DNA from: Neodothiora populina
Taxonomy: Eukaryota
NCBI RefSeq assembly: GCF_041146345.1
Contig: NW_027191410.1
Location: 248,001-312,000 of the forward strand
Direction of reading: 5' to 3'
DNA: 64,000 nt
The notes beneath the pieces were generated by a model, which saw nothing but the letters and a program-made list of their open reading frames with translations, was not told where the DNA came from and did not search any database. How positions within the stretch are numbered: the first letter of the stretch is position 1; each line of letters opens with the position of its first letter. The position numbers were made by a program, and so were the translations under genes. Of the stretch, positions 61,651-64,000 are shown in pieces.

Positions 61651-61686
61651 AGTAGCCTCGAGTAGCCTCGAGTAGCCTCGAGTAGC
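61651..61686. repeat. 10-bp tandem repeat (AGTAGCCTCG) x3.6
   Basis: agtagcctcg agtagcctcg agtagcctcg agtagc seen directly. Confidence 0.9.
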
Positions 61687-61822
61687 TTACTTCCACAGCA
61701 ACTTATAAGTTGTACTGCAGCTGCGTGTGAGCAAAAGAAGGGACCACGTGGAGGAACGACCAAGTCAAGACAAGTCAACCGCCCGTTCCATCTTGCATTG
61801 CTTTCCGTGCTTTGCAGTAATC

Positions 61823-63358
61823 ATGGCGGACATAATAAAGGGCCTTTTCGGCGGCGCAAAGTCTTCTGTGGCAAGTGCTGCAGTGCCTTCGGGCGATGCT
61901 GGTAAGTCGCACGTGTTCCCTCCCATGGACCTCTTTCCACACATGTACAAAAAGATGACCACGGTCCATTGAGCACACTCTTGATACTCCCACACAAGAC
62001 GTACACTCACACAATGATGCAGACTTTGCAGACTTTGCTTCGGCGCCAGACCCATCCCCGGTTTCGCTTTCGTCGAGTCTCAGTGCGCCTCCAGCGATGA
62101 AGACGTTCGGAGCTCACATCAGCATGGAGGACCGTCCCTTCACGAAGTGGTACAACGTGCACGAGCGTGTGACGTGGTCAGACTTCAAGATGGAGGCTTT
62201 CATCCTGCCCACCATCATCCTCATCCTCGCCACTCACTGGTGGGGAACCAGAGCGAACCGACGTCGCGCGAACGCCTGGTTGGGGAGTCACGTCAGCGCC
62301 TTCGAGTCCGAGTTCGCCAGCGTCGGATTCTCCGGTCGTCGTGTCATCAGCGCCGCTCAGGTGCAGCAGGAGGGACTCGCCAAGGCCGTCGAGCAGAGTG
62401 GAGCGAGCGAGAACGCGCTCAAGGAGAAGAGCAAGGACGTCTTCATGTCTTACGCCTCTGGACGACAGAACATCGCTTTCGTCGACGTCAAGATCAACCT
62501 GCTGAAGCGCTATAACCCCTTCGCTCTTGTCGGCGAGGCCGTCCTGCCTTTTTTCGTCGAGTCCATGAACACTGTTGAGGAAAAGGTTGAGATCACCGCT
62601 TACACTTTCGACGGCAAGGAGAAGGACTTGATCCCCCGTGTTCCTGGCCAGGAGCCCATCAAGGGCAAGGACTCTGCTTACGATGGTTTCGTTTGGGCTA
62701 TTGTCCACAAGGACTCGATGAAGAGACTCCGCGACGAGCGCTACGACCTTAGTCTCACCTCCACCAAAGACCACGCCAAACTCCCCCAGTGGGCCTCTGT
62801 CATGAGCGAGAGTGCCGAGATTACCGAAACCCTCTTGACCAAAGAGCTCTGCTCTGCCGTCGAGAAGATCGGCATGGATGGATTGGAGAGTATCATTATC
62901 TCTGACATGCCCGAAGACGCACCCAAGACGTGAAGTTTTCCCCTTCTCTTCCCTCCTCAAAGCACAAGAAGACTAACAGGAAACACAGCCTCAACGACCT
63001 CGTCCCCAAGAAGCGTCTCCAACTGAACCTCCGCTTGAACGACCCCTCCTCGGCCGCCGACCTGCCCTTGATCCAAACCTTCTTGCGCCTAGCAGACGTC
63101 CTGGTAGCCACGGGTCACTTCCGCCCCGAAGTCATGCGCCGTGTCCGCACCACCCGTGACGACGAGCACAAAAAGATCAAGAAGCAGCAGGACATCGAGC
63201 AAGCCGAGGAGCGCAAGGGACAGTCGGACAAGCAGAAGAAGGAGGAGCGCGAGAGGAAACTCAAGGGCATGACTGCTGAGGAGCAGAGGAAGTTCCTCGA
63301 GAGGGAGAAGGACAAGGACATGAGGAAGAGAATGGGTAGGATGACGATGAAGGCTTGA
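61823..63358 (+). CDS. DUF1682/CCDC47-family ER membrane protein; 3 exons
   Basis: PFTKWYNVHER, TM then WGTRANRRRA, FASVGF, YASGRQN, LLKRYNP, YDGFVWAIVHK..MK.LR.ERYD, basic coiled-coil tail (MTAEEQRKFLE.EK). Confidence 0.85.
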
Positions 63359-63601
63359 GGTGCCTTGTCCGTGACGGTTTCTTGTTGTGAGACAGAAAAG
63401 GCTGAGCGAGGACTTTTTGTTGTCAAGACAAGTTTGCTTGGATAGCACAGGTCGGATGCTTGATCATCTGACATCGATTCTCCCCAGAGGAATTTCAAAG
63501 TGTTCGTAATTGCCCTTCTCAAAAGGACCCATCATACATATGAAGAAGCAGATAAAAAAGCCAATCATCGAAAGAGCCCTGTAGATCTCTCTCTCCATCT
63601 T

Positions 63602-64000
63602 TCATACTTCCTTTAACCTCTTCACAGGCCTAGACAACGTCGAGTCATCAGGCAGCCCACTCCTTTTCGTCCCCGGCAGACTTCCGGTGCGGATATCATT
63701 GTCCTCGGAGCTCACTTTGCGCGGAGGATACCTGTTCTCGATGCCCTCGAAGCAATTCTTCGGCGGCGCCGCCACATTGTCGCTTTCGTCGTGCATGAAG
63801 TAAGGGTGCTGCAGTGCCTGGTCTGCGCTTAGACGTTTCAACGGATCATACTCGAGGAGCCTCTTCAGCATATCCAGGCCGTCGCGATGGGGCGGAAGTA
63901 AGTTGGCTGTGGTGTAGTGGCTGTTCCTTATCACTTGGTCCCACCACTTGTCGAGACCAGTCGGGCGTGAAACAGCAGGGTTGCCCGCGGCCAGCGTGCT
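63602..64000 (-). CDS. SSN3: 3' end of the CDK8/Ssn3 Mediator kinase (partial)
   Basis: Kinase subdomain XI LLEYDPLKRLSADQALQHPYF, followed by NCFEG..YP.RKV..EDNDIR.GSLPGTKRSGLPDD, a tail I recall from filamentous-fungal Ssn3. Confidence 0.8.
   Translation of the reverse strand, partial: STLAAGNPAVSRPTGLDKWWDQVIRNSHYTTANLLPPHRDGLDMLKRLLEYDPLKRLSADQALQHPYFMHDESDNVAAPPKNCFEGIENRYPPRKVSSEDNDIRTGSLPGTKRSGLPDDSTLSRPVKRLKEV

Noticed and set aside
61651..61686. Short direct repeats as a possible CRISPR-like array
   Set aside because: Perfect head-to-tail 10-mers with no spacers in a eukaryotic promoter; a simple tandem repeat.
62178..62960. 260-aa ORF antisense to the DUF1682 gene
   Set aside because: Codon-bias shadow ORF.

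Overview
Gene-dense, intron-containing nuclear DNA of a filamentous ascomycete (Pezizomycotina; a Eurotiomycete/Chaetothyriales-like origin is only an impression). About 37 protein-coding genes are visible, almost all housekeeping, and many are mitochondrial (SHY1, COX11, MTG2, FMP32-like, FUM1, SYM1, ATM1, MRP2, MGR3-like, ODC). I found no transposon, rRNA, tRNA or CRISPR array. Main oddities: (1) an in-frame TAG inside a WW/FF-domain gene, followed by 84 more sensible codons, whose 14-nt context is identical to the FUM1 stop context; (2) a -1 frame break at a G6 run in a conserved hypothetical gene; (3) a divergent HapX-like bZIP with an altered Hap4-like motif, partly retained Cys-rich regions and a Gln-rich N-terminal exon, with candidate iron-regulon DNA motifs nearby; (4) in-frame alternative splice options at the DTD1 Gly-Pro motif; (5) six introns that need AAG acceptors. 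Gene identities come from recalled family motifs, not database searches.
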